Source of the DNA: Promethearchaeota archaeon
Lineage (GTDB): Archaea; Asgardarchaeota; Lokiarchaeia; Sigyniarchaeales; SOKP01
Direction: 5' to 3'
Length of the DNA stretch: 24,000 nt
Assembly: GCA_019058015.1 (NCBI GenBank)
Contig: JAHLWH010000075.1
Span: 5,260 to 29,259 of the forward strand
The notes beneath the pieces were generated by a model. That model saw only the letters and a list, made by a program, of their open reading frames with translations, was not told where the DNA came from and did no database searches. Positions 13,376 through 21,931 of this stretch are shown here, in pieces (position 1 is the stretch's first letter; every line of letters begins with the position of its first letter). Position numbers and translations under genes: made by a program.

Positions 13376-13564
13376 ATGAAAATTTTAAGAGAAGAAGATA
13401 TTGAAAGAATAAAAAGTGAGGTTGAGCTAGAATTTCCAAACGATTTCGCATTACAACAAATCCATATTGCCAGGAAAATTATTACTAAAGAAGCGGAGAT
13501 GAAGGGATTAAGTTACCTTGATTATATCAAGTTATTAACTAAAGACACAAAAGCTATTCAATGA
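13376..13564 (+). CDS. small hypothetical protein downstream of the PIN gene (candidate partner)
   Basis: 62-aa ORF that begins 8 nt after the PIN stop. AGGTG lies about 3 nt upstream of the ATG. It is predicted helical and I recognise no family. Confidence 0.45.
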   Translation: MKILREEDIERIKSEVELEFPNDFALQQIHIARKIITKEAEMKGLSYLDYIKLLTKDTKAIQ

Positions 13565-13672
13565 AGATACTTTGAAATTACTGGTCAGCCAACACACGAG
13601 AAAATAAAACAATTAGGATTGGAAAAATATACTTAAGAGCAAAATTTTCTTTATTATATTCTTTATTTTAAT

Positions 13673-14617
13673 TTAAATTCGTTCTAATAAACAGTAAAAA
13701 AATCCCTCAGAATTGTGTATGTGAGGATATATTCTTTGAGAATGCCTTAAATCAGGATGAAAAATATTTTTTTCAAATTTTTCTAAACCAGGTATCCCAA
13801 TTTGGTCTTTTATCTTTAAAATTCTTACTCCAACATATTGATTTAGAACAGAATCTATAACCATTTCATTTTCTTCGGGGGCAATTGAACAAGTGCTATA
13901 TACCAGACGGCCTCCCTTCTTAAGGGAATCCAAACCAGAAATTAATAATCTATATTGAATTTTACTTAACTTCATAATATCTTCTAATGTTCGACTTGTC
14001 TTTCTTTTAGGGTCTCGTCTAATTAAACCTTCACCAGTGCATGGAGCATCCAACAAAATCTTATCAGCCTTGATGTCCATTTTTGGTAAATCTATAGCAT
14101 CTTGATTAATAACAATAGAGTTATATACTCCCAATCTTGATAGATTAATATTCAATGCAGGAATCCGATTAACATTTTTATCTATTAAGATTAATTTTCC
14201 TTTATTTTCCATCAATTGAGCAATTTGAGTAGATTTACTACCCGGAGCAGCACACATATCAATAACTGTTTCTCCCGGTTTAGGGTCTAATACATGGCAA
14301 GGAACCATTGAAGAAAAACTTTGTAAATAGTAATAACCCTGCAAAAATTCATGCAGTGAGCCTAAATTCATTGGACTTTTAATTACTTTAAATCCATAGG
14401 GTATCCAAGAGAGGCCTTCTAAAACAAATCCTTTTTTTTGAAGCCTATTGAGTAAATCATCAATCTTTATTTTCAAAGTATTAATTCTTATCGTTGGAAT
14501 AAGAGGCTTCTCATTAGCTTCAAGTAATTTTAAAGTTTCTTCTTTACCCAAAAATTTTATGTACCGTTCAATCATATAGGGTAAATAACCATATTTCTTT
14601 GCAATTGAAATGATCAC
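13673..14617 (-). CDS. NOL1/NOP2/Sun-family RNA cytosine-C5 methyltransferase
   Basis: 314 aa. SAM motif DMCAAPGSKSTQ; catalytic motif IV DAPCTGEG; motif VI YSTCSIAPEENE. GTG start. Confidence 0.9.
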   Translation of the reverse strand: MIISIAKKYGYLPYMIERYIKFLGKEETLKLLEANEKPLIPTIRINTLKIKIDDLLNRLQKKGFVLEGLSWIPYGFKVIKSPMNLGSLHEFLQGYYYLQSFSSMVPCHVLDPKPGETVIDMCAAPGSKSTQIAQLMENKGKLILIDKNVNRIPALNINLSRLGVYNSIVINQDAIDLPKMDIKADKILLDAPCTGEGLIRRDPKRKTSRTLEDIMKLSKIQYRLLISGLDSLKKGGRLVYSTCSIAPEENEMVIDSVLNQYVGVRILKIKDQIGIPGLEKFEKNIFHPDLRHSQRIYPHIHNSEGFFYCLLERI

Positions 14618-14686
14618 GATTTAATCAAATCTAATCCTTATTAATCAATAAAAATGAGAGGTAAAAAAAGAATATTTCAATTTTTT

Positions 14687-15073
14687 TTAGCATAAATTCT
14701 TTTTGATTTTATTACGCGCACCAGGTAAATATTTTTTTATCTTTTTAATCCATCCTAAGGGGATTTTTGTATTTTCGAAAATTGTTTTATTATCTGCTTC
14801 TTCGAGTTGATCGAAATAAAAATAGCCATTTTTGATAAATTGAGCTAATCTCTTAGTACCCAGATACTTTATACAATCTTTATATTTCCTTAAACTTATC
14901 GTATGAATCAATTTTTCCGCCTGAGCCGGGAAATGAGAAATATACCATTTAAGATTTTTATCAGTAATTACAATATAATCTTTTCCCAGTTGTTCGCCAG
15001 TATATATATTAAAACCCAATCGTGCCAAGTTTTCTCTAATTGTGGGAATATTTACATTCAATTTTTTTCTCAA
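14687..15073 (-). CDS. hypothetical HTH-like protein; the frame is open for 88 more codons upstream (to 15337) with no canonical start
   Basis: The ORF-track start is the TTG at 15071-15073. The same frame has no stop and no ATG/GTG/TTG between 15074 and 15337. It is in phase with the 15338-15991 gene. An HTH-like segment reads YAITQLRKKLNVNIPTIRENLARLG. Confidence 0.5.
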   Translation of the reverse strand: MRKKLNVNIPTIRENLARLGFNIYTGEQLGKDYIVITDKNLKWYISHFPAQAEKLIHTISLRKYKDCIKYLGTKRLAQFIKNGYFYFDQLEEADNKTIFENTKIPLGWIKKIKKYLPGARNKIKKNLC

Positions 15074-15337
15074 TTGAGTTATAGCATATTTTTTTTCAAT
15101 TGATGAAAGCTCATTAATGAATTTAAATATAAATTTTGTTTCAGGAGAACTTTCAATATTATTTTGAAAAAATTGAATTTCATTATTAGAGTTTAAATAA
15201 TACTCCTCTAATTCTCGATATTCTTCAAATTCATTCTCAAGATTTTGAAGTATACTTTTAATTTGACTCCTTTTTAAAACTCTAGATTCTTCTAATTCCT
15301 CAAACTCACTATCGATTTTTTGAAATATAGTTGCTAT

Positions 15338-15991
15338 TTATTGCTGAATATCTTCAATTCCGTTATTGATATTTTCTATACAATCATGAACTTCTTTTTT
15401 AGAGATAGAGTAAAGACCATCTTTTTCTTTATTTTTAATTTTAAAAATAAATGAGAAATGTTTAGAGAAAAAATCTCTACCCAAAACCAGTTGAGATATA
15501 TTTTCATTTTCATTCTTTTTTAATTCAATATCTAATCCAATTTCAGAAGATTCGTATTGTTTAATCCTTTGGTTAAATACATCTATGTTATTTACACTAA
15601 AAGTTCCTAAGATTAAATTAAATTCACCTTGATTGAGATCGATAATAATATGATCTTCTACTAAAGGAAGATTATTACTCCTTTCGATTAGAATGTTATA
15701 TATCTTTCTTAATAAAATCATAAGGGGTAGAGTTTTGAAGCCATCGATTTTGATCTTGTCATTATAAATACCATTCCATAACTCTTTATTTAAACTGAAT
15801 TCAAAATTTATTCCTTCTAATTTTTCTATATTTTTTTGAAGTTCAAGTGAAACATTTTGAAATTTTTTTAAGTTATCACCTAATTCTTGTATCCGTGCTC
15901 CCAAATTATGATTTAACAAATCCTTATCTACAAGAAATCTCTCTACTTCTTTAAATTCCATAAAAAAATACTCTAAATATTCAGTTTCCAT
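15338..15991 (-). CDS. hypothetical protein (possible N-terminal part of a gene interrupted by an in-frame TAA)
   Basis: 217 aa counted from the ATG at 15989-15991 (the TTG at 16000 is an alternative start). It ends at the TAA at 15338-15340. I recognise no domain. Confidence 0.6.
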   Translation of the reverse strand: METEYLEYFFMEFKEVERFLVDKDLLNHNLGARIQELGDNLKKFQNVSLELQKNIEKLEGINFEFSLNKELWNGIYNDKIKIDGFKTLPLMILLRKIYNILIERSNNLPLVEDHIIIDLNQGEFNLILGTFSVNNIDVFNQRIKQYESSEIGLDIELKKNENENISQLVLGRDFFSKHFSFIFKIKNKEKDGLYSISKKEVHDCIENINNGIEDIQQ

Positions 15992-16185
15992 AAAAATCAA
16001 ATAAGTTTTTTCTACTTTTTTTACATATTATTCACAATCAGAAATTTTTATGAATATAATATGTGAATATTTTATATTTGAACAAAATACAAATAGTAAT
16101 TTGATATTAAATTTAATTGCGTTAATGAGTATAAATTAAAATTTGATAATCATTTTAAATAGAATAGAATTTGGGCAATATATCA

Positions 16186-16779
16186 ATGTTTGAAGTGGAA
16201 GTAAAAGTATTATTGGAAAATACAGATGAAATCAAAGAGAAATTAATTTCAATGGGTGGAAAATATATTCATTCATTTGAACATGAAGATACTTATTTTA
16301 ATATGCCTAAAAAACTTAGAAACTTTTATAGAACTGATGAGGCATTAAGAATAAGAAAATCTATTGAATATAATGCAAATAATATTGAAGAAAAAAGAAT
16401 TTTTGAATTTTTAACATATAAGGGACCAAAAGTTGATGATTTAACAAAAACGAGGAAAGAAATAGATTTTAGAGTGGAAGATGGAGAAAAATTAAAGGAG
16501 ATTTTAAAAATCTTAGGCTTTAGAGAAGTATATACTATAAAAAAAGAAAGAGAACTTTTCGAAATTGAATACTATTCAGAAAAATTTGAGATATTATTTG
16601 ACTTTTTACCTGTATTAAATCAAAATTTTATCGAAATAGAATGCCAAACTGAAAAAGAAAATGAAATATCTCTAAAGAAGGATAAAATTTTCAAATTTTT
16701 AAAAAATTTTGATATAAGTAAGGACCAGTCAATTAGGAAATCATATTTGGAACTAGTTCTTGAAAAATTATTTAAATAA
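16186..16779 (+). CDS. CYTH-domain protein (CyaB-type class IV adenylyl cyclase / triphosphate tunnel metalloenzyme family)
   Basis: The N-terminal MFEVEVKV carries the ExExK signature of CYTH. The size (~197 aa) and alternating beta-strand pattern fit the tunnel fold. The ATG at 16186 is preferred over the TTG at 16171. Confidence 0.75.
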   Translation: MFEVEVKVLLENTDEIKEKLISMGGKYIHSFEHEDTYFNMPKKLRNFYRTDEALRIRKSIEYNANNIEEKRIFEFLTYKGPKVDDLTKTRKEIDFRVEDGEKLKEILKILGFREVYTIKKERELFEIEYYSEKFEILFDFLPVLNQNFIEIECQTEKENEISLKKDKIFKFLKNFDISKDQSIRKSYLELVLEKLFK

Positions 16780-16836
16780 ATCCAACTGTTTTTAATAAAC
16801 CATATAGACGTAAATAACATTATAATAGTTCTTCTT

Positions 16837-17436
16837 TTAGTTTTGATTGAATAAATCTACAATTTTCTTTTTCTCAAGAGCCATTTCTTTAGATTTTTTT
16901 AAATACAATTTTTCATTTAACTTCAGAATCTTTTCTTGCAGATGTTTTAAAACTCCATTTACACCCGTTCCATGGTCTATTTGATAAGCAATTGTACGAT
17001 AAATTCCAATTGCCCCGATTGCATCTAATTTATCTGCATCACTCAGAATTTTAGCTTCAATTGTCTGAGGTTCAATTTTATTTGAGAATGAATGTGCTCT
17101 GATGCAATGTATGATTCTTGAAATAATAAGAGAATTTAAATTTATATATTGTCGCAAATATTTTTCTGCAATTTGAGCTGAAATTTCAGCATGATTTACA
17201 TCCTTTTTAAGGTTTAAAAACAAATTATTATCATAATTAACACCTTTCGATAAACGACCAATATCATGAAGCAAAGTAGAAATTTTTACAATAAATGAAT
17301 TACAATTCTCCGATTTTGATAAAACTTCAGTGATTTTTAGGACTCGCATCACATGGGGAAATCCATGAGTATCATCATCGGAATAATACTTTTTTACAAA
17401 ATCCAATGTTCTTTGAAAAATTTGAGGTTGATCCAT
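16837..17436 (-). CDS. HD-domain metal-dependent phosphohydrolase
   Basis: 199 aa. H...HD signature: HGFPHVMRV ... LLHDIGR ... DADKLDAIG. Confidence 0.85.
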   Translation of the reverse strand: MDQPQIFQRTLDFVKKYYSDDDTHGFPHVMRVLKITEVLSKSENCNSFIVKISTLLHDIGRLSKGVNYDNNLFLNLKKDVNHAEISAQIAEKYLRQYINLNSLIISRIIHCIRAHSFSNKIEPQTIEAKILSDADKLDAIGAIGIYRTIAYQIDHGTGVNGVLKHLQEKILKLNEKLYLKKSKEMALEKKKIVDLFNQN

Positions 17437-17551
17437 TTAAAAGATATACAAAATTTTAAGAATATAATCAATAATTTTAATAAATTAATTTAATTTATTA
17501 TTCTCAAGTTAATTTCTCTTATTACTAAATTATTAATAAGTTAAGAATAAT

Positions 17552-17794
17552 ATGTGCTTAGCAATTCCCGGTAAAATTTTAGAGGTTAATGGTGATAAAG
17601 CCAACGTGGATTTTAATGGCGTTAAACGTGATGTCATCATAGCCTTAGTAAAAGATGCAAAAGTTGGAAAATATGTTTTAGTTCATGCAGGTTATGCTAT
17701 TGAATTATTAAATGAAGAAGAAGCTCAAGAAACTCTCAAACTCTGGAAAAATATTGTTGAAGAAGAGGGTTTAGATGAATCCCTCTTTTTATAA
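17552..17794 (+). CDS. hypC: [NiFe]-hydrogenase maturation chaperone HypC/HybG/HupF family
   Basis: 80 aa with the invariant N-terminal MCLAIPGKI (Cys2), then VDFNGVKRDV...YVLVHAGYAI, typical of HypC. Confidence 0.9.
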   Translation: MCLAIPGKILEVNGDKANVDFNGVKRDVIIALVKDAKVGKYVLVHAGYAIELLNEEEAQETLKLWKNIVEEEGLDESLFL

Positions 17795-17871
17795 ATGTTT
17801 TACTTAGTTAAATTATTCTTTTTGTATATATCCTGCTGGATTTAATAAACTATTGAAAAAAATTAGTAGTT

Positions 17872-19005
17872 TTACTCAATTTGAGATTGTTTAATTGATT
17901 CATGGTGGCATACGCGAATAGAAGTAGTTTTTCCCTTTAATTCTAAATTATCATTTACAGATACCCAACTTGAGAGTATAACAAAATTATTACCGGACCC
18001 TTCAATTTTTGTTTTTTCTCCAATTGAACAATAATCTGCAATAATTGCATTATTCATTTTAACTCCCTTAGAAATATAACAATGATTAAACAAAATTGAA
18101 TTTGAAATTTCGCAATTGTCACAAATCTTCGAATATTTTCCAACTATTACATTAGGACCTAGCCTTGAATTGTTTTCGATAATGACATTTTTATCGAGAG
18201 CAACGGGGGGGATTATTTCTACATTTTCACCTATTTTACAACCTTCACTTATTAGTTTTTTCTGATCTTTACCTTTTTCTTGAAAAATATTTTCTAAAAT
18301 CATAAAATTTCCAAAAAAATAATCTTCAGGTAAGCCAATATCTTTCCATATACCCGAAATCTCATACGCATATAAATTATCTTCTTTCGCCAAAACTGGA
18401 AAAACCTCCCTTTCAATAGAAACAGGACGATCGGATTCAATATAGGATAATACTTCATTTTCAAGAACATAAATACCAGCATTTATTGGCATCGGTTTAA
18501 TTTCAGAAATAGTATCATCTATGGTTTGTTTTTCTAAAAATCTCATAATACGAGAGTTATTATCAATAACTAGTGTTCCATAGCGCCGTGGATCCTCAAC
18601 TGTATAACTACTAATAGTGCCTAATCCGCGGTAATTCTTGTGAGCCTTTAGCATTTGGGAAAAATCAAAATAACTTATAACATCACCGTTTAACATGAAG
18701 AAATTATCAGTTCCAATTAGATTTTCAGCCAATTTTACTGCACCCGCCGTTCCCATAGGTTCCTTCTCTTCTGTATAATAAATAGATATTCCCCATTTAG
18801 AACCATCACCAAAATAATTTTTGAGCTGGTCTGACATGACACTCACAGCTAAAATTATTTCTTTTATCCCAGCTTTGATTAACTGTTTGATAGTATTTTC
18901 CATTAAGGGTACATTGACGATAGGAATTAGGGTTTTTGGGATTGTGCAAGTTAGTGGCCTTAACCTTGTACCCCACCCACCACTTAAAATAACTGCTTTT
19001 GTCAA
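17872..19005 (-). CDS. sugar-1-phosphate nucleotidyltransferase with a C-terminal left-handed beta-helix domain (GlmU/ST0452-like architecture)
   Basis: N-terminal AVILSGGWGTRLRPLT (GxGxRLxPLT). The C-terminal third has hexapeptide-like repeats (IGENVEI, LDKNVII, IGPNVIV, etc.). The start is TTG, with GGAAGGT about 8 nt upstream. It lies 4 nt downstream of the SIS gene. Confidence 0.85.
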   Translation of the reverse strand: MTKAVILSGGWGTRLRPLTCTIPKTLIPIVNVPLMENTIKQLIKAGIKEIILAVSVMSDQLKNYFGDGSKWGISIYYTEEKEPMGTAGAVKLAENLIGTDNFFMLNGDVISYFDFSQMLKAHKNYRGLGTISSYTVEDPRRYGTLVIDNNSRIMRFLEKQTIDDTISEIKPMPINAGIYVLENEVLSYIESDRPVSIEREVFPVLAKEDNLYAYEISGIWKDIGLPEDYFFGNFMILENIFQEKGKDQKKLISEGCKIGENVEIIPPVALDKNVIIENNSRLGPNVIVGKYSKICDNCEISNSILFNHCYISKGVKMNNAIIADYCSIGEKTKIEGSGNNFVILSSWVSVNDNLELKGKTTSIRVCHHESIKQSQIE

Positions 19006-19009
19006 TCGT

Positions 19010-20149
19010 TTAACCTTCCTTTGTTATTTTTGTTGTATATTTAAATTTCCCAGGATCTAACCCTTTTATTATGGCTAATTTATAAAAAATTAATTGCAAT
19101 ATCACAATCTCCATTATTTGGGCTATGTAAGGGTTTGTTACTTGATGTTTAAATATATATAATCTTTTATTTTCATTCCTTAAAAAATTTTGATTAGTAA
19201 TATGAAAAATTTTACCTACACTCCATTTTTTTAATAAGTTCTTTATTAATTGAGAATTTAGTTCAAAATCCCTTAAATTCGATGATAGAATTACTATTTT
19301 AAAATCTTCATCAAGCATCTCAATACATCCATGTCGAAATAAGCCAACAGATAATGCCTCTGACTTTTCTTTAACAATTTCTTTAAAATTGAGTGCGGCT
19401 TGTTTTGCGGTTGCAATTGAGGGACCTCTTGCAATAAATTCTAAGAATTTTACATCTTTATCTAGAAATGAAATTATTTTATCAATCTCATTACTTGTTT
19501 CATAAAAAATTTTATGAAAAAGTTGTATTTCTTCAAATAAAGACTCGATTTCATAAATTTCTGATTTTATTGAATGCTTGCCATTAAAAAGATAATTCAG
19601 ACATAAATATACGGCTAAGATTGAGCATGTATATGTTTTAGACGTCGGACCATTTTCATAACCCGCTTTCATTAAAAAGCAAATATCACTAAATTTAAAT
19701 AAGGAACTTTCAGGTTGATTTGTTAAACCAACAATTAAAGGTGGCTTTTGGTAATTTCTTAATTTTTTTAATAACTTAACTAATTCCCCAGATTCCCCAG
19801 ATTGAGACACACAAAAAATTAATACATTTTGAAATGATATATATAAATCTCTCTCTGTTTCCATTGGTAAAGAATTGTATAAAAACTCTGAAGTGTCTCT
19901 TAGATCGCAAATTATTCCTTTAGAATTTAAAAAGTAATAAGGGATATAACAACAAAAAAGACTCGAACCCATCCCAGTGAAGATTATATATTTTATCTCT
20001 CTTAATTGAATTTCTTTTTTTAATTTAACCAGAAGGTCGAAACCCTCAGTTTGAAAATAATTTAATGTATTTTTCAAGGCAAAGGTTTGATCCAGAATTT
20101 CCTCTAAGAAATCATTCACATTTTTATCGGATTTCAATAAATTTTTCAT
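19010..20149 (-). CDS. tandem SIS-domain sugar-phosphate isomerase/aminotransferase-like protein (GlmS isomerase-domain type, no glutaminase domain)
   Basis: SIS motifs FTGMGSSLF and VSQSGESGE are present, plus a second SIS-like half (ARGPSIATAKQAALNFKE). The ATG at 20149 is preferred over the TTG at 20161. Confidence 0.8.
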   Translation of the reverse strand: MKNLLKSDKNVNDFLEEILDQTFALKNTLNYFQTEGFDLLVKLKKEIQLREIKYIIFTGMGSSLFCCYIPYYFLNSKGIICDLRDTSEFLYNSLPMETERDLYISFQNVLIFCVSQSGESGELVKLLKKLRNYQKPPLIVGLTNQPESSLFKFSDICFLMKAGYENGPTSKTYTCSILAVYLCLNYLFNGKHSIKSEIYEIESLFEEIQLFHKIFYETSNEIDKIISFLDKDVKFLEFIARGPSIATAKQAALNFKEIVKEKSEALSVGLFRHGCIEMLDEDFKIVILSSNLRDFELNSQLIKNLLKKWSVGKIFHITNQNFLRNENKRLYIFKHQVTNPYIAQIMEIVILQLIFYKLAIIKGLDPGKFKYTTKITKEG

Positions 20150-20281
20150 CCCATTATTCAAAAATAGTTGTAAGTAAAAATTATAATAATTAACAATTTA
20201 TGTGAATAAACAATAAAAGCCATAATAAATATATATAACTTAATTTAGTAATTCACTTAAAACGATAAATTTTTGATTGAT

Positions 20282-20656
20282 ATGTTGTGTCCTCACGGCT
20301 TAGACAATGTTGCCTGCCCAATATGCCGAATTGGAATTAAAGTAATGCCTCCCGTTCGTTTAGAGATTGAAGATTCTCAATCAAAAATATTACAACAGAT
20401 AAACCCAGCAATAAAAGAAATTATAGATAGGAGAACTAAAACATTCAATTTATTAACTGATATAAAGCCAAATTTGAGTTTTAATCCAAATTTATTTATA
20501 CCAGAACCACCTTCAATTGGCAAAATCTCATTAATGAACCCTCCGATATACAAAAGATTGAAGGAACTAGATGCTGAAATCCCTAAAGAATTTAATACAC
20601 TTCAAGAGATTTCGGTGAAATTACCCGATGGAAAAATTAAGAAAACTAAATTATAA
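20282..20656 (+). CDS. hypothetical protein with an N-terminal CxxxxxxxxCxxC zinc-knuckle-like motif
   Basis: ORF starting MLCPHGLDNVACPICR. The remainder is Pro/Asn/Ile-rich with no recognisable domain. The ATG at 20282 is preferred over the TTG at 20273. Confidence 0.45.
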   Translation: MLCPHGLDNVACPICRIGIKVMPPVRLEIEDSQSKILQQINPAIKEIIDRRTKTFNLLTDIKPNLSFNPNLFIPEPPSIGKISLMNPPIYKRLKELDAEIPKEFNTLQEISVKLPDGKIKKTKL

Positions 20657-20719
20657 TCAATTAGATCATAATTAAGTAATAAAAACTAATTTAAAAGCTC
20701 CCTTCTATTAATATATATT

Positions 20720-21925
20720 ATGGTTAAAATAGCAGCCCTTCAACCTTATCTTCCAAATAATCCAGTAGAATTCACTACTAATCCATATGATATAATTGGA
20801 AAAGAAGAAGAACAGCAATTAAAACAAAATCCAAATTCATTAATTCATCTCATTTTACCTGATGGTAAAGGTGATGAAATTTATCAAAATGCTGCAAAAG
20901 CTTATAAAAAATTTAAAGATGATAATTCTATAACTTTTGAAAAAACACCAAGTATTTTCGTTTATCGTCAAGAATCTGAACAATTTATTCAACAGGGATT
21001 TATAATTGGGCTTTCTCTTCAAGATTATGAAGATGGAAATATAGTAAAACACGAACATACTAGGGAAAAACCACTCAGAGATCGTACAAATCACATTGTC
21101 TCAACTAATGTTGCTGCAGGGCTTGTATGGTCAGTATATCGTTCAGATAATAAAATTAATCAATTATTAGAACAAATTAAACAAGAAAAACCGAAGTTTG
21201 ATTTTATAAAATTTGGATATCGACACATCCTTTGGCAAGAGACAGACCCCAAGATTATCAAACAATTAACAGAACTCTTTCAAGATAAAAAAGTCTATAT
21301 TGCTGATGGTCATCATCGAGCAGCAAGTGCAGCAGAGTATCGCAAAATTAAATTGAATGAATTAAAAGTATCTAATGATTATGATGCTCCATGGCAGTAT
21401 TTGTTGTCTTATGTAGCGTCTGACGATCAAATTCGAATATTACCCTATAATCGGGTAATTAAACGATTGCAGATGGAGGAAAAAGAATTTTTAGATAAAT
21501 TAGAAAAAATCTATAAGATAACCCCTATGAAACAAGCATTTAATCCCGAAAATAAAAATCAAATTGCCTTATGTATTAATGGTAAATGGTTTAAACTAAC
21601 AGTTATAGATAAATCATTTAAATCAAAGGGTGATAGCTTGGATGTAGCAATTCTTCAAGATAAGGTTTTAGAACCAATTTTAGGTATTTCCGATCCTCGT
21701 TCTGATGAAAATATCTTATTTGTAGGTGGCATCCAAGATCCAATAAGGATGGAGAAATATGTAGTCGATGAAGGAAATGATTTGTTTATCAACCTTTTTC
21801 CTGTTGATATACGAGATCTTGAATCTATTGGTGATATTGGTGGAGTTATGCCTCCAAAATCAACATGGTTTGACCCAAAAGTTCTTTCTGGCTTAGTTCT
21901 TCACGATTTAACTATAGAGTGGTAA
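20720..21925 (+). CDS. DUF1015-family protein
   Basis: 401 aa. It carries the YIADGHHR motif and has the overall length typical of DUF1015. Confidence 0.8.
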   Translation: MVKIAALQPYLPNNPVEFTTNPYDIIGKEEEQQLKQNPNSLIHLILPDGKGDEIYQNAAKAYKKFKDDNSITFEKTPSIFVYRQESEQFIQQGFIIGLSLQDYEDGNIVKHEHTREKPLRDRTNHIVSTNVAAGLVWSVYRSDNKINQLLEQIKQEKPKFDFIKFGYRHILWQETDPKIIKQLTELFQDKKVYIADGHHRAASAAEYRKIKLNELKVSNDYDAPWQYLLSYVASDDQIRILPYNRVIKRLQMEEKEFLDKLEKIYKITPMKQAFNPENKNQIALCINGKWFKLTVIDKSFKSKGDSLDVAILQDKVLEPILGISDPRSDENILFVGGIQDPIRMEKYVVDEGNDLFINLFPVDIRDLESIGDIGGVMPPKSTWFDPKVLSGLVLHDLTIEW

Positions 21926-21931
21926 TAATTT

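Noticed and set aside
12816-13451. ORFs 12816-13010 (-) and 13212-13451 (-) overlapping the PIN gene
   Set aside because: The PIN reading frame has the conserved acidic residues and a strong AAGGAG site. The antisense ORFs are hydrophobic and low-complexity.
15338-15340. The in-frame stop as selenocysteine or pyrrolysine recoding
   Set aside because: The codon is TAA, not TGA or TAG, so known Sec or Pyl recoding does not apply. A pseudogene, an assembly error or a non-canonical restart are more plausible.
14903-21094. ORFs 14903-15103 (+), 16620-16820 (-), 18300-18482 (-), 18821-19060 (+) and 20855-21094 (-)
   Set aside because: All lie antisense within, or overlap, better-supported genes. 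None has a recognisable motif.
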